Below, piece by piece: positions 56,168-64,000 of a stretch of DNA of 64,000 bases; position 1 is the stretch's first letter; the number at the start of each line of letters is the position of its first letter. The notes under the pieces are model-generated. The model made no database searches. It was not told the origin of the DNA and saw nothing but the letters and a program-made list of their open reading frames with translations. Source of the DNA: an uncultured bacterium (GTDB taxonomy: Bacteria > Hydrogenedentota > CAZGCA01 > CBFDCQ01); the NCBI GenBank assembly GCA_965603355.1, contig CBFDCQ010000001.1:42350-106349 (forward strand). The letters are read 5' to 3'. A program made the translations under genes and the position numbers.

Positions 56168-56612
56168 TCTCCACCCAGCTGACTACATCGGCGTTCTCGC
56201 CCTCTCCGCCTTCTTCGCCGTCCCTGCCACACGACATGACCTCGTACGGCAGCGCCGAATGCGTGCCGGGACTATCGTAGATGTAAGGATTGCCCCATGG
56301 ATCGTTCGGTATCGGTTTCTTCGAATACGGTCCCTTCCACTTCTCCGTTTCTTCATCGGGCCTAAAATAGAGGACTCGCAAGCCCTCCTCCGGGCTCGGG
56401 TATCGGTCCATATCAAGATAGTACTGATCGAGTAGGCTCTCGATCATAGCTATGTCGGTTTGCGCCTTGGTCCGCATGGCACCTTCCTTCTTCCCGACAA
56501 CGTTGGGGAGAATTGTCACCGCAAGTATGGCGAGTATTGCCAGAACGACCAAGAGCTCGATCAACGTAAACGCGCTTTCTGCCCGACGTCTTTCTCTTCT
56601 CATAGTTTTCAC
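56148..56612 (-). CDS. gspG: T2SS major pseudopilin GspG
   Basis: FTLIELLVVLAILAILA N-terminus and the GspG C-terminal signature DPWGNPYIYDSPG...CGRDGEEGGEGENADVVSW. Residue -1 of the cleavage site is Ala (ESA|FTLIE). Confidence 0.9.
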   Translation of the reverse strand: MKTMRRERRRAESAFTLIELLVVLAILAILAVTILPNVVGKKEGAMRTKAQTDIAMIESLLDQYYLDMDRYPSPEEGLRVLYFRPDEETEKWKGPYSKKPIPNDPWGNPYIYDSPGTHSALPYEVMSCGRDGEEGGEGENADVVSWVEIEGEEY

Positions 56613-56614
56613 TC

Positions 56615-57829
56615 CTATCTAATCACCGTGCTCAACTGGAATATCGGAAGCAGCATCGAGATAACGATAAAGCCCACAATGCCCGCCACGAACAGGATCA
56701 TGGCAGGAGCGAGCAGCGAAGTCATCACCTTGGTTGAAGCCGTTGTTTCCCGATCATAAGCGTCCGCCACGCGCAGCAGCATCTGGTCCAGGTGCCCCGT
56801 CTCCTCACCGACTGCAACCATCTGCACCGGCAGCGGTGGGAAAATCTGCGTCTCCTTCATGAGAGCCGCAAGCGACTCGCCTGTGCGGATGCGCTTGGTC
56901 ATGTTCCTGACACTCTCCGCAATCGCCTCATTAGCCACCGCGGGCCCCACGATGTCGAGCGCTTCGACAATAGTTATGCCTCCGTGCGTTAGCGTGCCGA
57001 GCAAACGCGTGAAACGCGCGATCTCCAGATTGCGGACTAATGTGCCTAACCACGGGATGCGCAGTTTGTACTGATCGATAAAAAGGCGTACCTCTTTGTT
57101 TCGCGCAGCAAACTTCACCGCCGCGACTGCCACCAGGACGCCCACCATGAGACCCCAGCCATGTCCCGTTAAGAAATGGGAAATCCCCAACAGTATCCGC
57201 GTCGGTGCCGGCAGATCTTGTCCCACGTCCGCGAAAAGACTCTCGAGCCTCGGTATCAGAAACGCAACGAGTACGACGGCAGACGCCACCCCCAACAAAA
57301 GGACCAGCATCGGGTAGGCGAGTGCGGCACGTATTTCTCCCTTGCGGGATTCCTCTTTCTCGTAGAGATCCGAGAGCTCCAGCAACTCCTCGTCGAGCGT
57401 GCCGCCCATCTCTCCGACGCGCACCATGCTGGTCATGAGCTTTGGGAACACCCGAGGATGTTTGCCAAGCGCGTCCGCGAACGTACTGCCGCCCTGGACG
57501 GACCCCCGAATATCAGTGAGTATTTGCCGGGCTCGCGGATCCTGCAACTGTTCTATGAGGACGTTGAGGCTTCTAACGATCGGTACGCCGGACGCCGAGA
57601 GCGTGGCAAGTTGGCGCGTGAAAGTGGCAAGTCGGATAGACTGTCTCTGGAACTGGAACCGGAACCCGGTAGCACCCGCGCCATCCTCCGCCCCGCGCTG
57701 GCTCAGATCCAGCGGATGCTGTCCGCCGTCTATGAGCCGCTGAAGGGCCTCACGGCGGCTCGCAGCGACAATCGTCCCTTCCGTAGGCCGGTTTTCCACG
57801 CCGAGCGCTCTATACCAGTAAGTCGGCAC
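56615..57829 (-). CDS. gspF: T2SS inner-membrane platform protein GspF
   Basis: 404 aa with two GspF repeats and three TM helices, and the conserved LATLSASGVPIVRSL segment. Confidence 0.9.
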   Translation of the reverse strand: MPTYWYRALGVENRPTEGTIVAASRREALQRLIDGGQHPLDLSQRGAEDGAGATGFRFQFQRQSIRLATFTRQLATLSASGVPIVRSLNVLIEQLQDPRARQILTDIRGSVQGGSTFADALGKHPRVFPKLMTSMVRVGEMGGTLDEELLELSDLYEKEESRKGEIRAALAYPMLVLLLGVASAVVLVAFLIPRLESLFADVGQDLPAPTRILLGISHFLTGHGWGLMVGVLVAVAAVKFAARNKEVRLFIDQYKLRIPWLGTLVRNLEIARFTRLLGTLTHGGITIVEALDIVGPAVANEAIAESVRNMTKRIRTGESLAALMKETQIFPPLPVQMVAVGEETGHLDQMLLRVADAYDRETTASTKVMTSLLAPAMILFVAGIVGFIVISMLLPIFQLSTVIR

Positions 57830-57947
57830 TTGCTGTCTCCACTAGTAGGCCTTGTAGATATGAATCAGACCGTCCCCCATACAGTTGCGCGCGTCACACG
57901 CCAGGCGGTTCACGGCGAAGTTCTGCACGCTGCTCCGCCGCACATGC

Positions 57948-59618
57948 CTACCGTCCGTCGTCAAAATCGTCGAACTGCTCCTCCATTTGAGTAGCCCGTA
58001 TTACCTCCTCCGGGGTTGTGATGCCCCGAACGACCTTCAGCCAGCCAGCCTCACGCATGCTCTGCATTTTGCCGGCCACCTGCTGGCGAATAGCCGACGC
58101 CGACGCCCGTTGCAGGACAAGGTCCCGAAGGTTATCATCAACGAGCAGTAACTCCAGGATAGCCGTTCGGCCGCGATAGCCTGTACCGTTGCAGTCAGAG
58201 CAGCCCTCGCCGCGATACAGGATCACCTCCTCCTCTGCATTCAGTTCGCGCCTGATCTGCGCGAGTTGTGCTTCGCTTGGCTCGACTCTCTCACCGCAGG
58301 CAGAGCACACTTTGCGCACGAGCCGCTGCCCCAGGATGCCGCGCACCGCCGAGGCGATTAGATACGGCTGCACGCCCATATCCAGAAGTCGCGCGATCGA
58401 CTCGGGGGCGTCATTGGTGTGCAGAGAGCTGAGTACAAGGTGGCCGGTCAGCGCGGAGCGAATGGCGATCTCCGCCGTCTCGCTGTCGCGTATCTCCCCG
58501 ACCATGATGACATCGGGGTCCTGCCGGACGATCGAGCGTATCCCGGTCGCAAAGGTTAAACCTCTCTTGGGCCTCACCGGAATCTGGTTGACACCCACCA
58601 GCTCGTACTCAACCGGATCCTCGATGGTGATGAACTTGCGCTCAGTCGTGAAGATCGCGGTTAGCGACGCGTAGAGAGTTGTGGTCTTGCCGCAGCCGGT
58701 CGGTCCGCACACAAGCACTATACCGTGCGGGTTTCGCAGGAGACGACTGAACCGCGCGAGCGTCCCTTCCTCGAATCCCAACCCCTCCAACCCGAAAAGG
58801 AACGATGTCTTATCCAAGAGGCGGAGCACGATACACTCGCCGTATATTGTCGGGATCGTGGCGACACGCACATCTACCTCGCGTCCCTCGAAGTTGAGCT
58901 CAATGTGCCCGTCCTGAGGAATATAACGTTCCGCGATGTTCATGTCGGCCATGATCTTGACGCGTGAGATAATAGCGTCCTGCAAGTGTTTCGGCGGAGC
59001 GGGCATCTCGTGCAGCACACCGTCGATGCGGTACTTGACTTTCAGCATGTTTTCGAACGGTTCGAGGTGAATGTCGCTCGCCCGGTCGCGGATGGCCCTC
59101 ACGACAATGAGGTTGACCAGGTTGACGACCGTGGGCTCGCTCGCGATCTCCCGGAGGTGACCGACCTGCGCATTGTCCGCGGCGTCCTCCTCGGGTACCT
59201 CGAGGTGCTTTATCATCCTCTCCACCGAGAAACCGTAGAAGGTCTGCATCGCGGCCTCCATATCGCTCTCGGTACAGATGGCACGGTCGATATCCTTGCC
59301 GGTGAGTATATGAATGTGGTCCACGGTTTGGAAGTCGAACGGGTTCTCCATAGCCAGAAGAAGATTGCCGTCAATCTGAGCGACAGGTATGACGCGCGCT
59401 TTGTGGATGAGTTCGGAAGGTATGTCGGTCGCGGCCGTCCGGTCAATCTCCGTCTCGGACAGCTCCAGGAAACGGATCTGCAGGGTCTCCGCGAGCGCCT
59501 CCAGGGCGCTCTTCTCGTCCGGCCAGCCCAGCGCCGTCAGACACCGCCCGAGACTCTCACCGGTGCGGCGAAAACGATCCAGCGCCTTATGAAGCACCTC
59601 CTCGGAAAGCTTGCTCAA
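57948..59618 (-). CDS. gspE: T2SS ATPase GspE
   Basis: N1 and N2 domains, Walker A GPTGCGKTT, Asp and His boxes, and a C-terminal tetracysteine (CSACG...CSDCNGTG). TTG start. Confidence 0.9.
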   Translation of the reverse strand: MSKLSEEVLHKALDRFRRTGESLGRCLTALGWPDEKSALEALAETLQIRFLELSETEIDRTAATDIPSELIHKARVIPVAQIDGNLLLAMENPFDFQTVDHIHILTGKDIDRAICTESDMEAAMQTFYGFSVERMIKHLEVPEEDAADNAQVGHLREIASEPTVVNLVNLIVVRAIRDRASDIHLEPFENMLKVKYRIDGVLHEMPAPPKHLQDAIISRVKIMADMNIAERYIPQDGHIELNFEGREVDVRVATIPTIYGECIVLRLLDKTSFLFGLEGLGFEEGTLARFSRLLRNPHGIVLVCGPTGCGKTTTLYASLTAIFTTERKFITIEDPVEYELVGVNQIPVRPKRGLTFATGIRSIVRQDPDVIMVGEIRDSETAEIAIRSALTGHLVLSSLHTNDAPESIARLLDMGVQPYLIASAVRGILGQRLVRKVCSACGERVEPSEAQLAQIRRELNAEEEVILYRGEGCSDCNGTGYRGRTAILELLLVDDNLRDLVLQRASASAIRQQVAGKMQSMREAGWLKVVRGITTPEEVIRATQMEEQFDDFDDGR

Positions 59619-60168
59619 GACACGTTCTCCCGGCCCTCCCCCGTGTTGCGGCTAAGTCCCTTGGCGCGTCTTAAGGCGACGTTTGCAGCGCGGAACGCGG
59701 AAGACCACTCGCGAGCCGCCCTGACAACATCCCCCCATTATATGTATAACGTCCGAGCCGGCGATTTCTTGGCACTAATGTACTATTCCGTCGGTTATGG
59801 CAGTACCGACGGCGAAACTGCCAAATCCAGCAGGTCGCACATATCCCGGAACTGTACTATAGCACCAGCACAGCGCCCTGTCAACAGTAAAAGGAGCACT
59901 GCTCTGTCAAAAAAAACCCTCGGTATAGGGTATCTGTATATAGTAACGCCAGTAAGTGCCCTTATGTTTACACGTTAGAGCTTTCTTTGCCATCGTACCT
60001 CAGCAATATCTTCTGCGCCGCTGCGCTCCGTCGACGCTTGAAGGTCTACACCACTCTATACTACGCACACCTTCTCCATAAGTTCATATGACATATATGG
60101 GATCGAACGATCAAAAGAAAAGTTCCGCGTCGCGGGTCACGGGCAGTATCCTGTGCCACATCCGGGAG

Positions 60169-61587
60169 TCAGCGGCTGGAACGCCAGACGATATCTCCCT
60201 CGCGCGCATCCGGTTTGCCACCGTCGTCAACCAGGTTGACGGACACACTGTACAAGACGAAGCCCTCGCTCTCCTTGCGGTAAAGATAGGGTGCGCCGGT
60301 GAAAGGGTCGACAGGCAATTCTTGAATGTACTCGGGCACGATCGCGTCGAGCTTTTCCGGGTATGAGCCGGTCTTCTTCTTTAACTGCTTCAAGTATATC
60401 GCCATTTCAGCAAGGTCGCACTGAACTACGATCCTATCCTGTGCAGGCAGCGCCCGCGAGAAAGCCGGTACGGTTGTGCGGGTAGCTACCTTGAGTTTTG
60501 AGATTGTGCTGACCTCATCCCCCAGCTCTTTGAGGGCAAGTCGCGATTCATACGATGGTACAGCCGCAAACTCTATTACTCTCGGCATGTACTTCAAATA
60601 TGCCTCCTCGTCCACAAGACGAAACGGCCGCCCTACATAGCTTGCGCCCATGAGCTGGCGGTCGCGCGCCAGGAAAAAGCACAATTCGCCTTGCAGACCC
60701 CCTGCAAAGGGCCTTCTGTCGCGCAGTTCATCGAGCTCCGCGATAATCTCGCGCAAACGTTCGTCGGGTAGATAACCTTCCTCCAGCGTCTCGTACATGG
60801 CGCCGATAGCAATTCCCCCTATCGCCATCCGGACTAACTGGGTAATGAGCAGCGGTTCCCTCTTGAGAGCGTTTGCTATATGGAGTCCCGCAGAAATCAG
60901 CTCGGAAGCTTCTTTCATATTGCCCTCGCGCGCTTCAAGAATCGCCGCGTCTCCCACGTACCGCGCAAGGGCACGCATTCTCGCCAGATGGGGCAGAATT
61001 GACCGCGAGGCTGCGTCCACTCCGATGTCATAGTCCACGAGCATCTGTGCCTGGTCCAACGCACGAGCATCCTTAACCACCTGGAGGCCAGGTTCCATCT
61101 TCGTGAATATGTGCCGGGCGGCAATCTCGATTTCTCTGCCGTCCACCTCGACACCCGACTGGACCTTCTCGAGATACTTTGTCGCTGCCTCAACTCCACG
61201 CTCGTACTCATGTCCTACAGCCCGTGACCGCTCCCTCTCCGACATCATGGAACTCCTCGGCAAGGTGTGAAACGCGGTGTAGACATCGTACCCCAGACCG
61301 TCGTATTCTGCCAGAACGGGCCCCATGATTGACAGAGCGTACGAGTAATGTATCATGGCATTCTTCTGGTCGGACAAGAGTTCACCAACCAGCTCGGAAA
61401 ACGTCATGGCACCGCCCGCTTCCCTGATCTCGGCGATCTTGCTCTCGACACGTCTCTGCAGCACTAAGGTAAGTGCCGTATCTAAGATCAGAAGGACTAT
61501 CAGGACGACGACTACGATGAGGGCGCCTCGTTTCGCCCACCGCAGGAATGTCGGGAACGACCTCTTCACCCAGTTTCGTTGTTCCAT
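60169..61587 (-). CDS. membrane-anchored protein with a GspG-like (T2SS_G) C-terminal domain
   Basis: N-terminal TM helix (RGALIVVVVLIVLLILDTAL), about 380 aa of helical periplasmic region, and the C-terminus LPVDPFTGAPYLYRKESEGFVLYSVSVNLVDDGGKPDAREGDIVW, which parallels the GspG fold signature DPWGNPY.Y...G.DG..GG...DI..W. Confidence 0.55.
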   Translation of the reverse strand: MEQRNWVKRSFPTFLRWAKRGALIVVVVLIVLLILDTALTLVLQRRVESKIAEIREAGGAMTFSELVGELLSDQKNAMIHYSYALSIMGPVLAEYDGLGYDVYTAFHTLPRSSMMSERERSRAVGHEYERGVEAATKYLEKVQSGVEVDGREIEIAARHIFTKMEPGLQVVKDARALDQAQMLVDYDIGVDAASRSILPHLARMRALARYVGDAAILEAREGNMKEASELISAGLHIANALKREPLLITQLVRMAIGGIAIGAMYETLEEGYLPDERLREIIAELDELRDRRPFAGGLQGELCFFLARDRQLMGASYVGRPFRLVDEEAYLKYMPRVIEFAAVPSYESRLALKELGDEVSTISKLKVATRTTVPAFSRALPAQDRIVVQCDLAEMAIYLKQLKKKTGSYPEKLDAIVPEYIQELPVDPFTGAPYLYRKESEGFVLYSVSVNLVDDGGKPDAREGDIVWRSSR

Positions 61588-62027
61588 GGGTTCTTATTCT
61601 CCATAAGGCCCTCGATCCACACGTCTCGGTTCTGTCGGGCTGTGCTCGTGGCCCTGAACGACGACCCGGCACCCGACCGGCTCAGCGACCGGGCGAAGTA
61701 CTCTTCAATTTCTACTGTATAATCACCGTCCAGCGTCTCGGCAAGTTCTCGCGCCAGTTCCCTCGCCGTGGCATCGACCTCGCGAGCCGCTGCGGGTGAG
61801 TGAATCATCCGCTGGAGCCGTTTGGACGAGGCTCGGTCCGCCCCGAACGCGATAATGACGACAACCCCCAGAGCTGCAAAGGCGACCTTCAGTGCAGGAT
61901 TGTACCTCTGGTGTGCCCAACGCTCCGCTCTCTCCGGTGCGGCGGCCAGCAAACGCTCACGAACCGCATGAGCCGGTTTTGGCAGCGCGAACCTTTTGAG
62001 CAGTTCCTCCATCCGTTCGTTCTTCAC
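61566..62027 (-). CDS. putative anti-sigma factor (single TM helix, no zinc motif)
   Basis: Immediately downstream of the ECF sigma gene with a 4-nt overlap. Cytoplasmic N-terminal segment, then TM helix VAFAALGVVVIIAFG. Confidence 0.45.
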   Translation of the reverse strand: MKNERMEELLKRFALPKPAHAVRERLLAAAPERAERWAHQRYNPALKVAFAALGVVVIIAFGADRASSKRLQRMIHSPAAAREVDATARELARELAETLDGDYTVEIEEYFARSLSRSGAGSSFRATSTARQNRDVWIEGLMENKNPWNNETG

Positions 62028-62569
62028 CTTTCGTCACCTAATAGCAGCTTAAGTTTATCCAGCGCGTACCTGTACCGGCTGGCGGCGGTATTCGGAGACG
62101 CACGGACCACCGTTCCAATCTCCCTGAACGTCATTCCATGGAAGATCTTCAGTACTACAACCTCCCTCTGCTTCGTAGGCAGTTCTTGCAGCGCTGCATT
62201 CACCCGGTCAACATCCTCTCTCTCGATCTCCTCTCCCGATGCCGGGTTCAGCAGACTTGCCTGTTGGCTCAGTACCTCCCCAGCACGCTCCCGAACGTTT
62301 CGGCGACGCAGTCGGCTGAACGCCTCGTTGCGCGCCGCGCGGAACAGGTACGCCTCCGCGTTTCTCAATTGCGAGTACTTCCTCCGCTTCGACAGGAGCC
62401 TCGCAAACAGTTCTTGCAGCGCGTCTTCAGCCTCTTCGGGCGAGCAAAGCAGTGCGAACAGGTAGCCGTAAAGCGCACTCCCGTACGCATCGTAAAACGT
62501 TCTCAGCTCTTCCATCCACTTATCGTCGACTAACCGACGCTGCGGAGGTCCCGCCCGTCCACTGCTCAA
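62024..62569 (-). CDS. ECF-type RNA polymerase sigma factor (sigma-70 family group 4)
   Basis: Region 2 (ALYGYLFALLCSPEEAEDALQELFARL) and region 4 HTH (ELPTKQREVVVLKIFHGMTFREIGTVV). 181 aa. Confidence 0.85.
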   Translation of the reverse strand: MSSGRAGPPQRRLVDDKWMEELRTFYDAYGSALYGYLFALLCSPEEAEDALQELFARLLSKRRKYSQLRNAEAYLFRAARNEAFSRLRRRNVRERAGEVLSQQASLLNPASGEEIEREDVDRVNAALQELPTKQREVVVLKIFHGMTFREIGTVVRASPNTAASRYRYALDKLKLLLGDER

Positions 62570-62915
62570 ATTTCCCCTGCCTCCATAGGAAAAGACGCAT
62601 CTGGTCGCGGAATTTGTCTGAAAAAGTGTTCGATCCCCCTAGATCACGTGAAAAAAGCGCTGAGAACAAGAGTGCTGAGGCCCCCCAGTCACGTCATTCT
62701 GAGCGCAGCGAAGAATCTCACTCTTCCCATGACATAACTGATGGTAGTGTGGATTGACCGGCAGTGTCAAGGAACCGCGCTCTCCGCATCGGGTGTCCCA
62801 AGAGGTCATGCCTCGACCACGGAAGCGGCCGCCGGAACGTTAGCCCCCTGAGAACGCCGGGAACCGCGCTCTGGAGTAAACACATTGCTATTGATGAAAA
62901 AGTGCGAATATTCCC

Positions 62916-62944
62916 TTGACAAATGTCTGCGAACAGGTTAGAAT
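62916..62944 (+). promoter_or_regulatory. near-consensus sigma-70 promoter
   Basis: TTGACA, a 17 nt spacer, then TAGAAT, with an AT-rich UP-like stretch (attgatgaaaaagtgcgaatatt) just upstream. Points toward the recombinase remnant, which starts about 150 nt downstream. Confidence 0.5.
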
Positions 62945-63099
62945 ATTAGGGTTGCACCACGGAGGGCTTTCTCGTACGTCTCTCGGTGCGCATATCAAGG
63001 GGGGGAATTCGAGTTCGATAGATGGACCGCCGGGACAGTGCAGTTGGCTACTGCGAGTGGGATAAGTTAGCTGAGGCTTGATCGGGTTCGAGCGTAGGG

Positions 63100-63594
63100 G
63101 TGGAAACCATGGGCGTACAGACGAAGACAAGCGTTACCGAAGCGGCTGAGAGAGCGGCGAGAAGGGCGGCATCTCACGGGTTGAAAGTCAAGCGGGGGCA
63201 ACTCAACGCGGTTCAGCGCGGATGTTACGGGACCGGCCCGGCTCCGTTCGGGTATCGAAGGACCAAGGATGGCGAACGTTCTCTCGAACCTGACGACATA
63301 GAGTCCGGTATTGTAGAACGCATCTTCCGGGAGTACCTGAGGATGAAGAGCACCGGCAAGGTAGTCAAGCTGCTTAACTCGGAGAACATACCAACCCGCA
63401 AGGGAAACAAGTGGTCGCGCCAGGCTGTCTCAATTATCCTCACAAATCGCACGTACCGTGGACGTGTTCGTTACGGCGACCTCGATATTCGCGGGCAACA
63501 CGACCCTATAGTCGAGGCGTCCGTTTTCTATAAAGCGAATGCTCTTAAGCGGAAGAGGAGCCGAAGGCGAAAGCGCACCGAGGCCGCCACGTAG
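63100..63594 (+). pseudogene. large-serine-recombinase remnant (central 'Recombinase' domain only; catalytic resolvase domain and C-terminal zinc-ribbon region absent)
   Basis: PF07508-like region (GYRRTKDGE...IVERIFREYL...KVVKLLNSENIPTRKGNKWSRQAVSIILTNRTYRGRV). No upstream frame encodes a YxRVSTxxQ catalytic domain. Confidence 0.55.
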
Positions 63595-63697
63595 CCTGAG
63601 GAGTATTTGACGGCGCCGGCATTTAAGGGGTGGCAAAGACAGGCGTCTTTGCAGGGAAGCTGTGGCGCTCACGCGTCTGCCGCATGGAGAGGATTGC

Positions 63698-64000
63698 ATG
63701 GCGAAAGCCTCCCCGAACGAACGCGTCCTCCTTTATCTTAAGTCGCGACTGTGGGTAGAGGGGCGCGTACACATCCCGTCGAATCAAGGCGTGCTGGACT
63801 ACGCCAACGATCGAGATTGTCATTTCATCCCGCTGACCGACGTGACCGTATTTGGCGAAGCTGAAGCGGACACCGTGACGATAGATTTTCTTGCCGTGAA
63901 CGTCGAGGAAATCGGCCTGATGACAACCTATACCGGCAAGAGCGATCCGGTTTTCAGGGAACGGATAATGGAGATGGTCCTCCGGCAGCCGGAGCAGCCG
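63698..64000 (+). CDS. hypothetical protein, partial (runs off the window)
   Basis: Open frame from the ATG at 63698 to the window end (MAKASPNERVLLYLKSRLWVEG...). No recognisable motif. Confidence 0.3.
   Translation, partial: MAKASPNERVLLYLKSRLWVEGRVHIPSNQGVLDYANDRDCHFIPLTDVTVFGEAEADTVTIDFLAVNVEEIGLMTTYTGKSDPVFRERIMEMVLRQPEQP

Noticed and set aside
58986-59978. 330-aa plus-strand ORF
   Set aside because: Antisense to gspE (Walker A GPTGCGKTT on the minus strand).
60088-60366. 92-aa plus-strand ORF near the AT-rich gap
   Set aside because: It overlaps the 3' end of the better-supported 472-aa minus-strand gene and has no RBS or motif.
62680-62720. Sequence gtcattctgagcgcagcgaagaatctc, which resembles a short interspersed motif seen in other genomes
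   Set aside because: Only one copy is in this window and I cannot verify the family from memory. It is probably just part of the sigma-factor leader region.
62958-63100. Possible tRNA or ncRNA between the strong promoter and the recombinase ORF (gagttcgat / gggttcgag T-loop-like strings)
   Set aside because: I could not fold a convincing cloverleaf because the T-arm stems are not complementary. Left as an untranslated leader.
1-64000. CRISPR arrays, rRNA genes, insertion sequences with inverted repeats
   Set aside because: No regularly spaced direct repeats, no rRNA-like conserved stretches and no transposase ORFs were seen on either strand.

Overview
High-GC bacterial window of about 64 kb, densely coded, with no rRNA, tRNA or CRISPR that I could recognise. 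All calls below come from reading the translated ORFs; no searches were run.

Content from left to right:
- 1..10.9 kb: a partial TSUP-family permease, then a complete Bat (aerotolerance-type) locus in the order MoxR ATPase, DUF58, BatA, BatB, BatC, BatD, BatE, with two extra short BatD-like membrane paralogs.
- 11..21.4 kb: DegP/HtrA protease, RarA ATPase, an Opp/Dpp-type peptide ABC system that has a binding protein and two permeases but no ATPase, a small HAMP-domain membrane protein, and a BMP-family binding protein plus a duplicated ABC ATPase with no permeases.
- 21.8..24.3 kb: a C11 (clostripain-like) peptidase with thrombospondin-type-3-like calcium-binding repeats and a conserved 'CFIATAAYG' C-terminal sorting-like domain.
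- 24.6..43.1 kb: a sensor histidine kinase and a sigma-54 (NtrC-type) activator, followed by a roughly 15 kb gene string that starts at a near-consensus sigma-54 promoter and runs to a stand-alone CheY-like receiver.
- 43.1..47.1 kb: lytic transglycosylase (Slt), DUF523, VanZ-like and LpxL-family acyltransferase genes.
- 47.3..59.6 kb: a complete type II secretion locus on the minus strand (gspE, F, G, H, I, J, K, L-like, M-like, C-like, D).
- 60.2..64 kb: an ECF sigma factor with a putative anti-sigma partner and a membrane protein carrying a GspG-like C-terminal domain, then a serine-recombinase remnant behind a near-consensus sigma-70 promoter.

The most unusual system is the sigma-54-driven string at 28.1..43.1 kb. 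It joins a hybrid receiver-histidine-kinase, a sulfhydrogenase beta/gamma-like (HydB/HydG-like, NAD(P)H-type) pair, a short FdhA-like Fe-S protein and a HycB-like ferredoxin to a group-4 membrane-bound [NiFe]-hydrogenase core (NuoH, B, C, D homologs with intact Ni-Fe cysteine motifs), a full Mrp antiporter module and a NuoI-like ferredoxin. I do not recall this combination from described hydrogenase classes.
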